Below, in pieces: positions 1-11,624 of a stretch of 64,000 nt of DNA. The DNA comes from Chiloscyllium plagiosum (Eukaryota), in assembly GCF_004010195.1 (NCBI RefSeq), contig NC_057710.1:95132381-95196380 (forward strand), read 5' to 3'. Every line of letters starts with the position of its first letter. Within the stretch, counting starts at the first letter, position 1. The translations under genes and the position numbers were made by a program. The notes below the pieces were generated by a model. It was not told the DNA's origin. It searched no databases and saw only the letters and a program-made list of their open reading frames with translations.

Positions 1-312
1 TGACTTGTCCGGACTTGTCCGACCTGCCCAGCTCCTTTTCCACCTATCCACTCCACCCTCTCCTCCCTGACCTATCACCTTCATCTCCTCCCCCACTGAC
101 CTATTGTACTCTATGCTAATCTCTCCCCACCTCCACCCTCCTCTAGCTTATCTCTCCACGCTTCAGGATCTCTGCCTTTATTCCTGATGAAGGGCTTTTG
201 CCCGAAACGTCGATTTTGCTGAAGCTCCTCGGATGCTGCCTGAATTGCTGTGCTCTTCCAGCACCATTGATCCAGAATCTGGTTTCCAGCATCTGCAGTC
301 ATTGTTTTTCCC
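1..312 (+). mobile_element. Penelope-like element 3' terminal region (pLTR) with hammerhead ribozyme
   Basis: C/T-rich tract, then CTGATGA-AGGGCTTTTGCCC-GAAACGTC and the tail ...GGATGCTGCCTGA...TTCCAGCA...CCAGCATCTGCAGTC. The same tail follows GIY-YIG coding sequence at 13200-14060 and 44148-44733. Confidence 0.8.
179..215 (+). ncRNA. Minimal type I hammerhead ribozyme (PLE type), intact core
   Basis: CUGAUGA 184-190; stem II GGGC(192-195)/UUUU/GCCC(200-203); GAAA 204-207; loopless palindromic stem III ACGU; GUC triplet, predicted cut after C211; short stem I AUUC/GAUU. Confidence 0.8.
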
Positions 313-319
313 CATAACA

Positions 320-995
320 GAGCACATGTTAGTCAGGCAGAGTCAGCATGGCCTTCTGAAAGGAAAGTCACATTTAACTAATCTAGTTCTTTGAGCATGT
401 AACACACTTTGTGGATGAAGGGGAATCGATGATTATACTGTATTTAGATATCCAGAATGCATTTTATTAAATTTCACATAAAAGATGTTGACAGAAAATA
501 AAGCTCATTGTGTAGTTGCAGCATATTAGCATGGATAGAAGATAGGCTGGCCAACAGAAAGTGGAGAGTATCCATAAATGAGTCTTTATAAGGTTAGTAA
601 GATGTAATAGGTAGTGTGCCACACTATTGGGATCTGACCTGCTTCCAATTTATATCAGTGACTTAATTGAAGGGATGAAAAATATGGTTGCCAAATTTGA
701 CACAAAGTTAGTAAGTTGTGAAGAGGACATAAGGAGGCTGAAAATTATTAGAGATAGGTTGTGATTTGACCAAGATCTGGCAAATGCAGTGAAATGTAGG
801 AAAATGTAAAACTGTCTTTTTGTCACAAAGAACTAAATAGGTATATTATCTAAATGGTGATAGATTGCAGAAATCTGAGGTGCAAGGGGATTTAGGTGTT
901 GTACTGCCTGAATTGCAAAAGGTTAATATGTAGTTACAACAAGCAATTAAGAAAGCTAATAGAATGTTATCATTTATCATGAGGTGAATTGAATC
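320..995 (+). mobile_element. CR1 LINE ORF2 (RT) fragment, decayed
   Basis: Translates with frameshifts to QSQHGLLKGKSHLTNL..FFEHVT..VDEGE..LYLDIQNAF and further RT motifs to KKANRMLSFI. Confidence 0.8.
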
Positions 996-1009
996 AGATT
1001 ACATCTAAA

Positions 1010-1312
1010 TCCATGAGGCTATAGATACCCATATAGGTCCCTGGTTATGTCTGCCGATTTGTGGGGTACGTGGATCACTTCTCATTTGAGTCCTACTCGA
1101 GTCCCTCTCAAAACTCCTTCTCCAATGTACCAATTATGTCAAGGGTGCTGCTTCCTACTCTTGCCTGGAATGGGAAAAATTAATAATTTTGTTTACAATT
1201 TCCATTCTTCTGTCATCTTCATCTGGTGTATCTCTGATTCCTCTCACCCCTTCCTTTACTTCACTGCTTCTATTTCTGGGGGTGGATTGTCCACCAAAGT
1301 CCATTACAAATG
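1010..1312 (+). mobile_element. Penelope-like RT fragment, decayed
   Basis: Degenerate G.AMGT.MGP..A..FVGYV motif, then INNFVYNFHSSVIFIWCISDSSHPFLYFTASISGGGLSTKVHYK, resembling the PLE RT F(T)W.IS...LPFLD.....L.T..Y/HYK region. Confidence 0.65.
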
Positions 1313-1523
1313 CAAATTCAGAGAAATGCAACATAAGCACAAAGAACAGCACTTCATTTTTTGATTGGGCACTTTACAACCTTCAGAATTCAACTGAGTT
1401 CAACAATTTCAGAGTATGAATGTTGATTTCCATTTTCATTATACCACCTGCCCACCCACTTCCATCAATGCCTTGTTTTCATGGGTTTTCTTTCAGCAGA
1501 ACTGGCCTATTTTTCTCCCCTTT

Positions 1524-2070
1524 AGTCATAGTCATAGAGTCATAGAGGTGTACAGCACAGAAATAGACCTTTCGGTCCAACTCGTCCATGCCGTCCAGAT
1601 ATCCTAACCTAATCTAGTCCCATTTGCCAACACTTGACTCATATCTCTCTAAACTCTTCCTATTCATATACCCATCCAGATGCCTGTTAAATGTTGTAAT
1701 TGTACCAGCCTCCACCACTTCCTCTGGCATTCCACAAATGCACTATCCTCTGCATGAAAAAGTTGCCCCTTAGGACCCTTTTAAATTTTTCCCCTCTCAC
1801 CCTAAACATCTGACCTCCAGTTTTGAACTGTCCTACCCCAGGGAAAATACCTTGTTTATTTTTCCTATCCAGGCCCCTCATGATTTTATAAACCTCTATG
1901 AGGTTAGCCCTCAGCCTCCGACACTCCAGGGAAAACAGCCCCATACTATTCAGCCTCTTCCTGTAGCTCAAAGTCTCCAACCCTGGCAATATCCTTGTAA
2001 ATCTTTTCTGAACCCTTTCAAGTTTCACAACATCTTTCCAATAGGAGAGAGGGCATAACTGCACACAATA
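1524..2070 (-). mobile_element. CR1/HER1-type LINE 3' end
   Basis: ORF 1687-2064 (KDVVKLERVQKRFTRILPGL..RRLRANLIEVYKIMRG), 3' UTR and (TCTATGAC)n tail. Confidence 0.9.
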
Positions 2071-2319
2071 TTTGGCATCTCAGTTATCTCTTTAACTACC
2101 ATTAGCATTCCCTTTGACTGTTGTTCTGTGCACCCTCACATCTAATCCATTTGCTTTCTCCTCCACCTTTGTCAACAGTATTTTCCAGCCTCCGTCAGTT
2201 CCAAAGAACAGCTGTGAAATGATAATTCTGTTTCTGACTCTGCAGCTGCTGCCAGACCTGTTGAGTTTATCCAACAATTCCTTTTTTTAAATAAAGTAGA
2301 AAGATTGTGTTTCAGTTAT

Positions 2320-2883
2320 TCGGGGCACAGGTGAGACCACAGCCGAGTGCCATGTATGGTATCGGTCACTCTGTTTAAGGATGGATGTAAATGCACTTAA
2401 AACAGTTTAGAGATGGTTTTCCATGAAATGGGAAGGTTGTTTTATGAGGAAAAGTTGGACAATCCAGGCTTTTACCAGCTGGAGTTAAAATGAGTAAGAG
2501 GTTGCTTGATTGAAACGTATGAGATGGTGATGGGTCTTGACAGCTTGTTGCAGTGAGGATGTTTCCTCTATGGGAGAATCCAGAACAATGGGTCATTGTT
2601 GAAATATAAAGGTCACCCATTTATACAGAGATGAGGCCACTTTTTTTTCTCACAGAGAGTTTTGCGTCTTTGGAACTGTTTTCCTGCAAAGTTGGTGGAA
2701 GCAGAATCTTTGGATATTTTTAAGCCAGAGATGGATAGATTCGTGATAAGCAAGGGGTGAAAGGTTCTCAGGGTTAGTGGAAAAGTGGATCTATGATTGC
2801 AATCAGAACAGTCATGATCTGATTAACAGGTGGAGAAGGCTGAGAGGTACTCCTACTCCTTGTTCATATGTTTGTATGTTCGT
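2320..2883 (+). mobile_element. CR1 LINE 3' end, decayed
   Basis: VRP.L..-like start, ORF2 C-terminal motifs, 3' UTR ending in ...CCTACTCCT..TATGTTTGTATGTTCGT. Confidence 0.75.
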
Positions 2884-3047
2884 CGGTAACCCATACCTTC
2901 CTACCTTTCTTTGTGGTTTATGCAAGATTAGCTACCATGCCTTTGTTCCACTCATTTCCATCATTGATATCAATTGGAAAAAGCTGTGGCCCCAGCAAAA
3001 AAGCACTGTGGGACTCCACGCATCATATCCTGCCAATGAGAAAAACA

Positions 3048-3210
3048 GCTGAAAATGTGTTGCTGGAAAAGCGCAGCAGCATAAGCCCTTCTTCGGCTTA
3101 TGCCCGAAACATCGATTCTCCTGTTCCTTGGATGCTGCCTGACCTGCTGCGCTTTTCCAGCAACACATTTTCAGCTCTGATCTCCAGCATCTGCAGCCCT
3201 CACTTTCTCT
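3048..3210 (+). mobile_element. Short fold-back PLE-terminus insertion with 14-bp TSD
   Basis: TSD CAATGAGAAAAACA at 3034-3047 and 3211-3224; perfect 32-bp inverted repeat 3048-3079/3144-3175; inversion centre lies in hammerhead stem II sequence (GCATAAGCC/GGCTTATGC). Confidence 0.9.
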
Positions 3211-4239
3211 CAATGAGAAAAACACCCAATCTTGACTTTGATCCATGCTACTATGTTATCCTTACACCTTGAGTGCCCACATTGGGCATTCTCAAGGCAC
3301 ACTGTCAAATACCTTCTGAAAATCCCATTTACAATATATTTGTTTAGAGACTCCTCTTATCCACAGGGCATAGTTTCCCTTTCACAAAATCATGCTGATC
3401 TTCCCAACTATCTTGAGGTTTCCACATGTCCATCTAATAACCTCCTTACTGATCAATTTTAACACTTGTTATTCTAAGTAATATAAAACTGTAAAATAGT
3501 AGAATTCAAGTCTCTTTTAACTCCCTTCTACATTATTCCAGGGAAAACAATGAATGGTTCAGCTGTAATGGATGGCACATTTAAAGGGAACATTTCATTT
3601 TTCCATTTCTGACAGTAAAGAGAAGTCACTGCTGAAAGGAGAATGAGTAAGAGTCAAGTTACAGGAAAGAAAAATGTAGATCTATAATGCATCCAAAATT
3701 AGTCAGTAACTGAATGAAAATATAATAAGTGGAATGTATGTAGTTGCTTCTAAGCTTCAGTCCATTTGTGATCCTCTGAGTAACATTTCCACTGTGAATG
3801 TTAACCTATTAACAAATCTACCAAACAACATTTCATTTATGTAATTCAGTGCATGCATGAATTTAAAACATGATATAAACAGACTCACAAAAGTGCACTC
3901 AGTAAAAACCAATGCAGACCTAATTCTTCTACATAGCATTTTCTGTGTGTAACCAATTACAGATTAACATGTGCTTTTTCTTTCTTGTAGACTCTACTAA
4001 TATTTTAAATACTCACCCACTTGTACACACCTATTGTGCCAGGAAGTTACTATCAGCAAAGTTTACAATGAGTGACTTAAATATGAAACACAGCAGGAAA
4101 CATTATTTTCTAATATCAGAGAGCCTCAATACAGTTTGGATAAAATTAATAAGAGTGATGGGCATTTTAATAATCAGTTTAATCTAAGAATACATGCATG
4201 GCAATGGTTAATTTGACTATTTCAGAAATGAGCCAAGGT

Positions 4240-7200
4240 GTAAAAGATATAGCAGAATTAGGCCATTCAGCCCATCGAGACTGATCTACCATTCAATCAC
4301 GGCTGATCTGCTTCTCAACCCCATTCTCCTGCCTTGTCCCCATAACCCTTGATCCCCTTGCTAATCAAAAACCTATCTATATCTGTCTTAAGTACACTCG
4401 ATGATTTGTCCTCCTTAGCCCTCTTGGCAATGAGTCCCACAGATTAGCCACACTCTGGCTGAAGAAATTCCTCCTCATCTCAGTTCTAAAAGTCATCCCG
4501 TCACCCTGAGGCTGTGCCCTCAGGTCCTAGTCCCTTCTGACAGTGGAGATATCTTCTCCATGTTCACTCTATCCAGGCCTCTCAGCATTCTGCAAGTTTC
4601 AGTCAGGTTATCGCTCAACCTCTAAACTCCATCGAATACAGACCCAGAGTCCTCAACCATTCCTCATGCAACAAGCTCTTCATCCCTGGGATCATTCTTG
4701 TAAACATCCTCCGGACCCCTTCCAAAGCCAGCATATTGTTCCTTGGAAAAGGACCAAAACTGCTTACAAATGCAGTCTGACCAGAGTCTTATACAGCCTC
4801 AGCAATACATCTCTGCTCCTGTATTCTAGTTCTCTTGAAATGAATGCTTACACCGCATTTCCCTTCCTAACTGCCAAAATAACTTGCAAATTAACCTGAA
4901 GAGAATCCTGAACGAGGACTCCCAAGTCGCTGTTGCTCAGATTTCTGATGCCTTTCCCTGTTTATAATAGTCTACGTCTCTATTCTTCCGACCAAACTGC
5001 ATCATCTCACACTTTTCCACATATTATTCCATTTTCCACTTCTTTGCCCACTCTTTTAACCTGTTGAGTTACTTTTGCACCTCCCTATTGCCTCAACACT
5101 ATCTGTCCCTCCACCTACCTTTGTGTCATCTGCAAACTTAGCAACCATGCTCTCATATTCTTCGTCCAGATCGTTAATATGTAGCGGGATTAGCTGTGGT
5201 CCCAATACTGACACCTATGGAACCCCACTAATCATCAGTTGCCATCTTGAAAAAGACCCATTTACAGTATCTCCACACTCTGCCTTCTGCCAGTCAACTA
5301 ATCCTCTGTCCATGACAGCTCCTTGCCCCTAACACCATTGGCTCTTATTTTATTTAACAGCCTCTTGTGCAGCACCTTGTCAAAGGCCTTCTGGAAATTC
5401 AAATAGATCACACCCACTCGTTCTCCTGTGGTTAAGATTAGATTAGATTACTTACAGTGTGGAAACAGGCCCTTTGGCCCAACAAGTCCACACCGACCCT
5501 CCAAAGAGCAACCCACCCAGATCCATTCCCCTACGTTTACCCCCTTCACCTAATACTACGGGCAATTTAGCATGGCCAATTCACCTAACCTGCACATTTT
5601 TGGACTGTGGAAGGAAACCGGAGCACCCAGAGGAAACCCACGCAGACACGGGGAGAATGTGCAAACTCCACACAGACAGTTGCCTGAGGCGGGAACCTCC
5701 TCGCAGAATTCTAACAGATTTGTCAGGCAAAACCTCCCCTTGACAAAGTTGTGCTGACTCAGTCCTATTTTACCATGCACTTCCATGTACTCTGCAATCT
5801 CATCCTTAATAATGGGCTCTAAAACCTTCACAACGACTGAGATCAAACCAACCAGTCTACAGTTTCCTGTTTTATGCCTTTCTTGCTGCTCAAACAGGGG
5901 TGTTACATTCACCATTTCCAGTTATCTGGGACCCTCCCTGACTCCATTAATTCCTGTAAGATTATCACCAATATATCAATCATTTTCTCAGTGACCTCCT
6001 TCAGAAGGGTGCAGGGTGTAGTTCACTTGGTCAAGGTGATTTATTCAGCTTTTCCAGCACCTTCTCCTTCATGATGGCCACTAAACTCACCTCTGCCCCC
6101 TGATTCTCTTGAAGTAGTATGCTCTGTAGTTACTGCTGCTGCTGAAAACTGATGCAAAGTACCTATTCAGTTCCTCTGCTATTTCTTTATTTCCCATTAC
6201 TACTTCTGCAGCCTAATTTTTCAGTGGTCTATGACCACCCGGGCCTCTCTCTTGTCATTTAGATGTCTAAAAAAGTTCTCACAAACTTCTTTTATATTAC
6301 TAGCTAGCTTACTTGCATATTGCTTTTTTTAGTTATCCTCTGCTGGTTTGTAAAGGCTTCCCAATCCTCTGATTTCCTATTAATCTTCATCACATTGTAT
6401 GCGTTTTCTCTTGTAATTATGCTGTCCTTAACTTCCCTAGTTAGCCATGTTTGTCTCATCCTTCTCTTAGTATGTGTCCTCTTCCTTTGGATGAATTGCT
6501 ACTGTGCCTCTTCAACTACCCCCAAAACTCCTGCCACTGCTGCTCCACCGCCTTCCTGCTTGGCTTCCCTTCCAATCAACTCGAGCCAGTTCCTTCCTCA
6601 TGTCTTTGCAATTACCTTTTATCAACTACAATATTATTACTTTCAATTCCAGCTTCTCCCTCTCAAACTGCAGGGTGACTTTATCATATTATGGTCACTG
6701 CCACTTAGGGCTTCCTTCACCTTAAGCCCCTAATCAAGTCTGTCTCATTACAAATCCAGAATTGCCTTATCATTAGTGGATTCTAACATTAGCTGTTCCA
6801 AAAAAACCATCTCATAGACATTCCACAAATTCATTTTCTAAAGAACCGCTACCATTTTGATTTTCCCCTTCCATCTGCACATTGAAGTCCCAATTATTAT
6901 TGCAATAAGGCCTTTCTTATATGACTTTTCTATCTTCTATTTTCTTTCCCACATCCTGATGAATGCTAGGAGACCTGTAAAAAACTCCCACCTGGGTGTC
7001 TGGGTTCCTCAACTCTACCTAATACAGATTCTAAGTTTTCAATTCCTTTCATTCCTTGCTATCGATTTAGTTTCATTTCTTACTAACAAGTCAACCCCGC
7101 CCTCTCTGTCCATCCGCCTGTCTTTTCAATAGGATATGTATCCTTGGATATTTAGTTCCCTTTGATTCCCTTGCAGCTATGTCTCTGGATACCCACAACA

Positions 7201-7400
7201 TTATACCTGCCAGCACTACAAGCACATTTACCCTGTTTTGTATACTGGGTGTGTTTCAGCACCAAACCTTCAGTCCTGTGTTGACTGCATTTCTTCTCAT
7301 AGTTGTCCCCTTACCTACTGTGGCTGAAGTTAGGTTCCTGATCTTTTGCATACTCTCCATTCTATTACTTATTCAGGAAACTTTAATAATCTCTGCCTCT
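4240..7400 (-). mobile_element. Long CR1 LINE (most of ORF2: endonuclease, RT, 3' UTR), decayed
   Basis: Minus strand gives AKFADDTKVGG (~5110-5140), NVTPLF..GNCRLVGLISVVVKVLE..SQHNFVKGRFCLTNLLEF (ORF 5556-5915), endonuclease-like sequence near 6700-7250 and the CR1 3' UTR at 4240-4350. Confidence 0.9.
5434..5696 (-). mobile_element. HE1-type SINE, 5'-truncated, inserted in CR1
   Basis: (TAATC)n tail, GGCCTGTTTCCACACTGTAAG 3' end, V-domain-like core TGTGTGGAGTTTGCACATTCTCCCCGTGTCTGCGTGGGTTTCC. Confidence 0.9.
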
Positions 7401-8299
7401 CCATTTAACTTGTTCAGTAATCTTCCATGCAACTGCCACCATCCCCTGACTCCAATATTTAGTTTAAAATTTTAGTTCAGCTTTTATATTCCACAACTAT
7501 AGTTAGAGGCATTAGTTCACTCCCGAGGTCACGTACTTTAAACCCCCAGTCTTTCTGTGATAATTGATTTATTATATCTTTGAATGTTAATACAATTAAT
7601 ATAGGAATATAAGATTACGGATCATACCATAGGTTTGTGACAGAAAGAGAAATAGCTATCATTTTACTTTCTGAACCTTTCACTCATGTTACATTCCAAA
7701 ACAGGACTGATTTCCATGGGAATAATGTCCAGAAGTACATGATCAGAAGATGCAGTCAGTCAGAAATAAGGGTGAAGATTTGCAATGCTGGGTCTGAGTT
7801 CCCATTAAGCCGTTTGCAAATGTTCTAACCCTCTCTCTGAGAAGACCTTTGCAGCACTATGCCTGAAGGAGGCACAGGGAATCAGATCAATTAGGGTTGT
7901 CATAGTTATGGCATTAAATGACCTGTGACCTGATTTCCTGTCCCAACGCCAGTCACAGGTCGTATCCTGGCTGCCCTCATAAATACTGGCCGCCAGCAAA
8001 TAACAAAAGAGTCTTTTGAGTAATGTAAAGCCTGAGCGAACAATAATTCTGAAGTTCAGGATCTTTACCTACTGAGAAAATGTCATTCCTTTATTTCTGC
8101 TCTTGAGCTTCCAAGAAATAGTGGAGTGAAGTTCCATGATGGCTTTACCCATTATCCACTAATGATATGACAGACAATTGGGCGAATGCCTGAGAATTTC
8201 GACTGGTAGTATCTAGAAATGACAGGATGCAATGAGAGAAGTTGCTTAATATTTAAGATGAAGCCCCTGTTTGGAATTTATCCAGAGGCAGGGAAATAG

Positions 8300-9110
8300 G
8301 AAGAGGATGGTAAAGAGGACAGAGGCGAAATGTAAACACAAAGCTTTCTTTGTATACAGCAGCAACAAAGCAGCTTCAGAAAAGAAGGCGATCACCTCAT
8401 AGATATCTGGTTGAGTGTCTTTATGAACTCCAGGGGACATTCCTGGAGCTTGCTGAGTTTAGGAGGGAAGATCACCTGGAGAGACGACAGCCGCCAACTT
8501 ACTATCAGGGACATTGAATATCATCACAGAACTCATTTTCTACAAAATGCAGCGGGCACCAAGGACCAGACACCAGACAGTGCTGAAGTACATATGAATC
8601 CTGGCATCTCCCAGCATATCTGATGCAGATGACCAAAATGACAGTGATTATCATAAACTGGTTGAACATTACTAGGAATGGAAACTTATCATGTTCTAAA
8701 ATGCCAGTAGTTGGCTCTCAGAGCAATATGGCTCTCCAATTCAATAGCATCCTGAAGTTGGGGGAAGATGGAGATGACAGAGAATCCTAATGTCCTTGTT
8801 GTTCAACTCTCTTCTTCAAAACTGAAGACAATGAAGAGGTTGGCTCTTGTGAAAATGGTATCGGTAATATTGGATGCTCATATGAAAGGAGGACTGGGAG
8901 ACGGTGCAGACGTCCCAGATGCTTTCTGAAATGAGTTGCCAGAATAAAAATTAAAGACACCTGCGACCTTGCTGGCCATGGGGTTGATACTGGATCCTAC
9001 TGAGTACCAGTCCTCATCCAACAGTTGGCATCACTCTGAGGCAATGGATAGAGACATCCTTAACCTTCTGCAAAAGTGTCATTCACACATTTGCAGATAA
9101 CTGCAGCAAA
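8300..9110 (-). mobile_element. PIF/Harbinger (HARBI1-like) DDE transposase relic
   Basis: Manual minus-strand translation across stops and frameshifts: SYLQMCE*HFCRRLRMS..CQLL..PMASKVAGVFNFYSGNSFQKASGDVCTVSQSSFH..ITDTIFTRANLFIVF..GFSVISIFP..DAI..HIALRA..ICIRYAGRCQDSYVL. Confidence 0.7.
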
Positions 9111-9729
9111 GCCAATAAACTCTAGTTCTCACCATTCCTGTGTACCTCTTTGTGCTGCTGCTTCTCCCTCTAGATAATGGCCTACAGTCTTCGGAGATTA
9201 CTCTTCTTGCTGGGCTGGCTGAAGCTCCTGGGCCTGCTGTCTCCTTCTCCTGTTGGTTATCAATAGGGACAAGGCTACAAGAAAGTCAGGCATTGCATCT
9301 GACATTTCAGCTCCACTATTTCAATGTGGCGAGATTCCAAGTTTGCATTTGCGTGAGTGACTTGCAACTTCAGCCTGAGACCCGTGATTTTCCAATCATT
9401 CCTCACATTCCATTTTGTGTTGTTCTGTCATTGACAAATTGACACATTTCTGGGAAGTTAACCATCATGCTTTACTTTCCATCCTTGACATTGCAGCTTA
9501 AGAAGAATATTACAGAATAGTTAATTTAGACAGACCATAAAATAGTTACTAAACAGCATAGATGGGAGACTTGTGAAGATGCTGTAGCTATGTGCATTGC
9601 AGCTTTTCTGCTTGTGTCAGAGTATTGCGGGTCTGAGCTACATGATTCTTGGCTTCTTACAGCAAGCTCTTCGGTGCTCAGTGGCAATTAGATCATAAAT
9701 CAGAGCGAATGTAGGGTATTCAGCCCATT

Positions 9730-9854
9730 CCTGAAGAAGGGCTTTTGTTGAAACATTGATTTTCCTGCTCCTCGGATGCTGCCTGACCTGCTGTGCTTTT
9801 CCAGCACCACACTCTCGACTCTAATCTCCAGCATCTGCAGTCCTCACTTTCTCC
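9730..9854 (+). mobile_element. Short PLE-terminus insertion with degenerate hammerhead, 13-bp TSD
   Basis: TSD TATTCAGCCCATT 9717-9729/9855-9867; starts at CCTGAAGAAGGGCTTTTG..GAAAC. Confidence 0.85.
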
Positions 9855-10583
9855 TATTCAGCCCATTGAATCTGCTCTGCAATTCAGTGAGATTATAGGT
9901 GATCTGATTACTCTCAATTCCACTTTCCTTCTTATCCTCATAACCCATGATGCCCTTGCTGATTAAAAACCTAACTCAGCCTTGAATGTAATGACCCAGC
10001 TTTGACAGCCTTCTGCAGAAAAGAGTTCCACACATTTAATTACCCTCCAAAAGAAAAAATGTCCTCCTGAGCTCTGTTTTGAAATGTCAACCCCCTTAGT
10101 AGGAGAGTATGGGTCTGCTCTAAACTCTCCCAGAAAGGAAAACAATCTCTCAGCATCAATCCTGTCAATACCCCTAAGAATCCCTTTCTCCACAAGGTTA
10201 TCTCTCATTCATCCAAACTTCAATCGGTACAGGCCCAAACAGCTCAACTATTTCACGTTAAAAATCCCAGAAGCAAACTCATTCTTCTAATGCTAGTATA
10301 TCCTTCTTTAGATAAACAGCCCAAAACTGTTCAGAGTATTCCACGTGTGCTATAGCTTGTGCCTTGTATCATTTTAGCAAAGCCTTTCTACTTTTATGCC
10401 CTATTCTCTTTGAAATACAGGTCAACTTCCTATTTGATTTCTGTATTACCCTATGAACTTAGATGCTAGCTTTTTTGTGATTTGTTTGCAAGGACAGTCA
10501 AATCCCTTTGAGCTGCTGCTTTCTGCAATTTCCCCACACTCTCTCTCCCCTCTTTCTCTCCCCTCCTCTCTCCCACCTCCCTT

Positions 10584-10813
10584 CACTGTGGCACAGTGGT
10601 TAGGCACTGCTGCCTCACAGTACCAGAGACCTGGGTTCAATTCCTGCCTCAGGCAACCATCTGTGTGGGGTTTCCCTGTGTCTGTGTGGGTTTCCTCCCA
10701 CAGTCCAAAAAATGTGCAGGTTAGGTGAAGGGTAATGGATCTGGGTGGGTTGCTCTTCAGAGGGGCGGTGTGGACTTGTTGGGCTGAAAGGCCTGTTTCC
10801 ACACTGTAAGTAA
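10584..10813 (+). mobile_element. HE1-type SINE, internally deleted
   Basis: tRNA-like head TGGCACAGTGG..GGGTTCAATTCC (A/B boxes) and 3' end GGCCTGTTTCCACACTGTAAGTAA. Confidence 0.85.
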
Positions 10814-11624
10814 ATAATATTCAGCTTTTATAGTCTTCCTGCCAAAGAGCATAGCCTCATATTTTCCCACAATCTTTTCTATTTGGCATGTTTTTGCCAA
10901 TTCACTTAACCTGCTGATATCCATCTGTACACTCTTTGTGTTATCCTACTCACCTGCCTTCCCAGCTATCTTTGTGTCTTCTACAAACTTGGCAAATGAC
11001 ACTCACTTTCCTTATCCAAGTCATAAATATGTGACTCCAGCACTGATTCCTGTGACATTTCACTAGGTACAGATATCATCCTGAAAATGCCCCTAAATCC
11101 TAACTCTCTGTTATGGATTATCTCCTCTTTCCCTGTTAATATATCACTGCCATAACCATTGCATCTTGTCTTACCTTATTAAGTAGCCTAAGTACCGTAT
11201 CAAAGAGTGTTTGGAAATTGAAATATTTAACATTTTCACTTTCCCCTTCATCTGTCCTGCCTGTTAACTCCTCAAAGAGCTGTAATAAATTTCTCAGACA
11301 TTGTTTCCTCTTCATGAAGCCATGCTGACTCGTTGAAATCATGCATTTCAAATGCTCTGCCATTATATCCTTCAAAATATACACTAACAATTAACCAATA
11401 ACAGCTATTAAGCTAACTTGCCGAACCTATCTGTTTATTTTCTTCCCCGATCTTCTTTACATTAATTGTTTTCCATTCCACTGGAACTTTTCCAGAATCT
11501 GAGATTCCTCGGAAGGTTCTGACCAATGCTCCCACTACTCTAAGCTACACTCCTTCATATCATCACATGCAATCCATCAAGGGCAGGGCACTTCTCGATC
11601 TTTTGCCCCATTTGTCTTTTTTTA

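Larger units (their letters stand above)
9690..11600 (-). mobile_element. CR1 LINE ORF2 3' half, decayed, with nested PLE and HE1 insertions
   Basis: ORF 11136-11390 (SQHGFMKRKQCLRNLLQLFEE), KFVEDTKIAG at ~10960-10995, ORF 9963-10208 C-terminus and CR1 3' UTR. Confidence 0.85.

Noticed and set aside
3048-3175. MITE or pre-miRNA interpretation of the inverted repeats (also 16470, 30650, 47219, 59726)
   Set aside because: Long variable TSDs, asymmetric tails and identity to PLE termini indicate retro-derived fold-backs; there is no evidence for miRNA processing from sequence alone.
3615-3650. Micro-exon TTCTGACAG|TAAAGAGAAG..AATGA|GTAAGA
   Set aside because: Such site pairs occur by chance in AT-rich DNA, and no partner coding exons were found.
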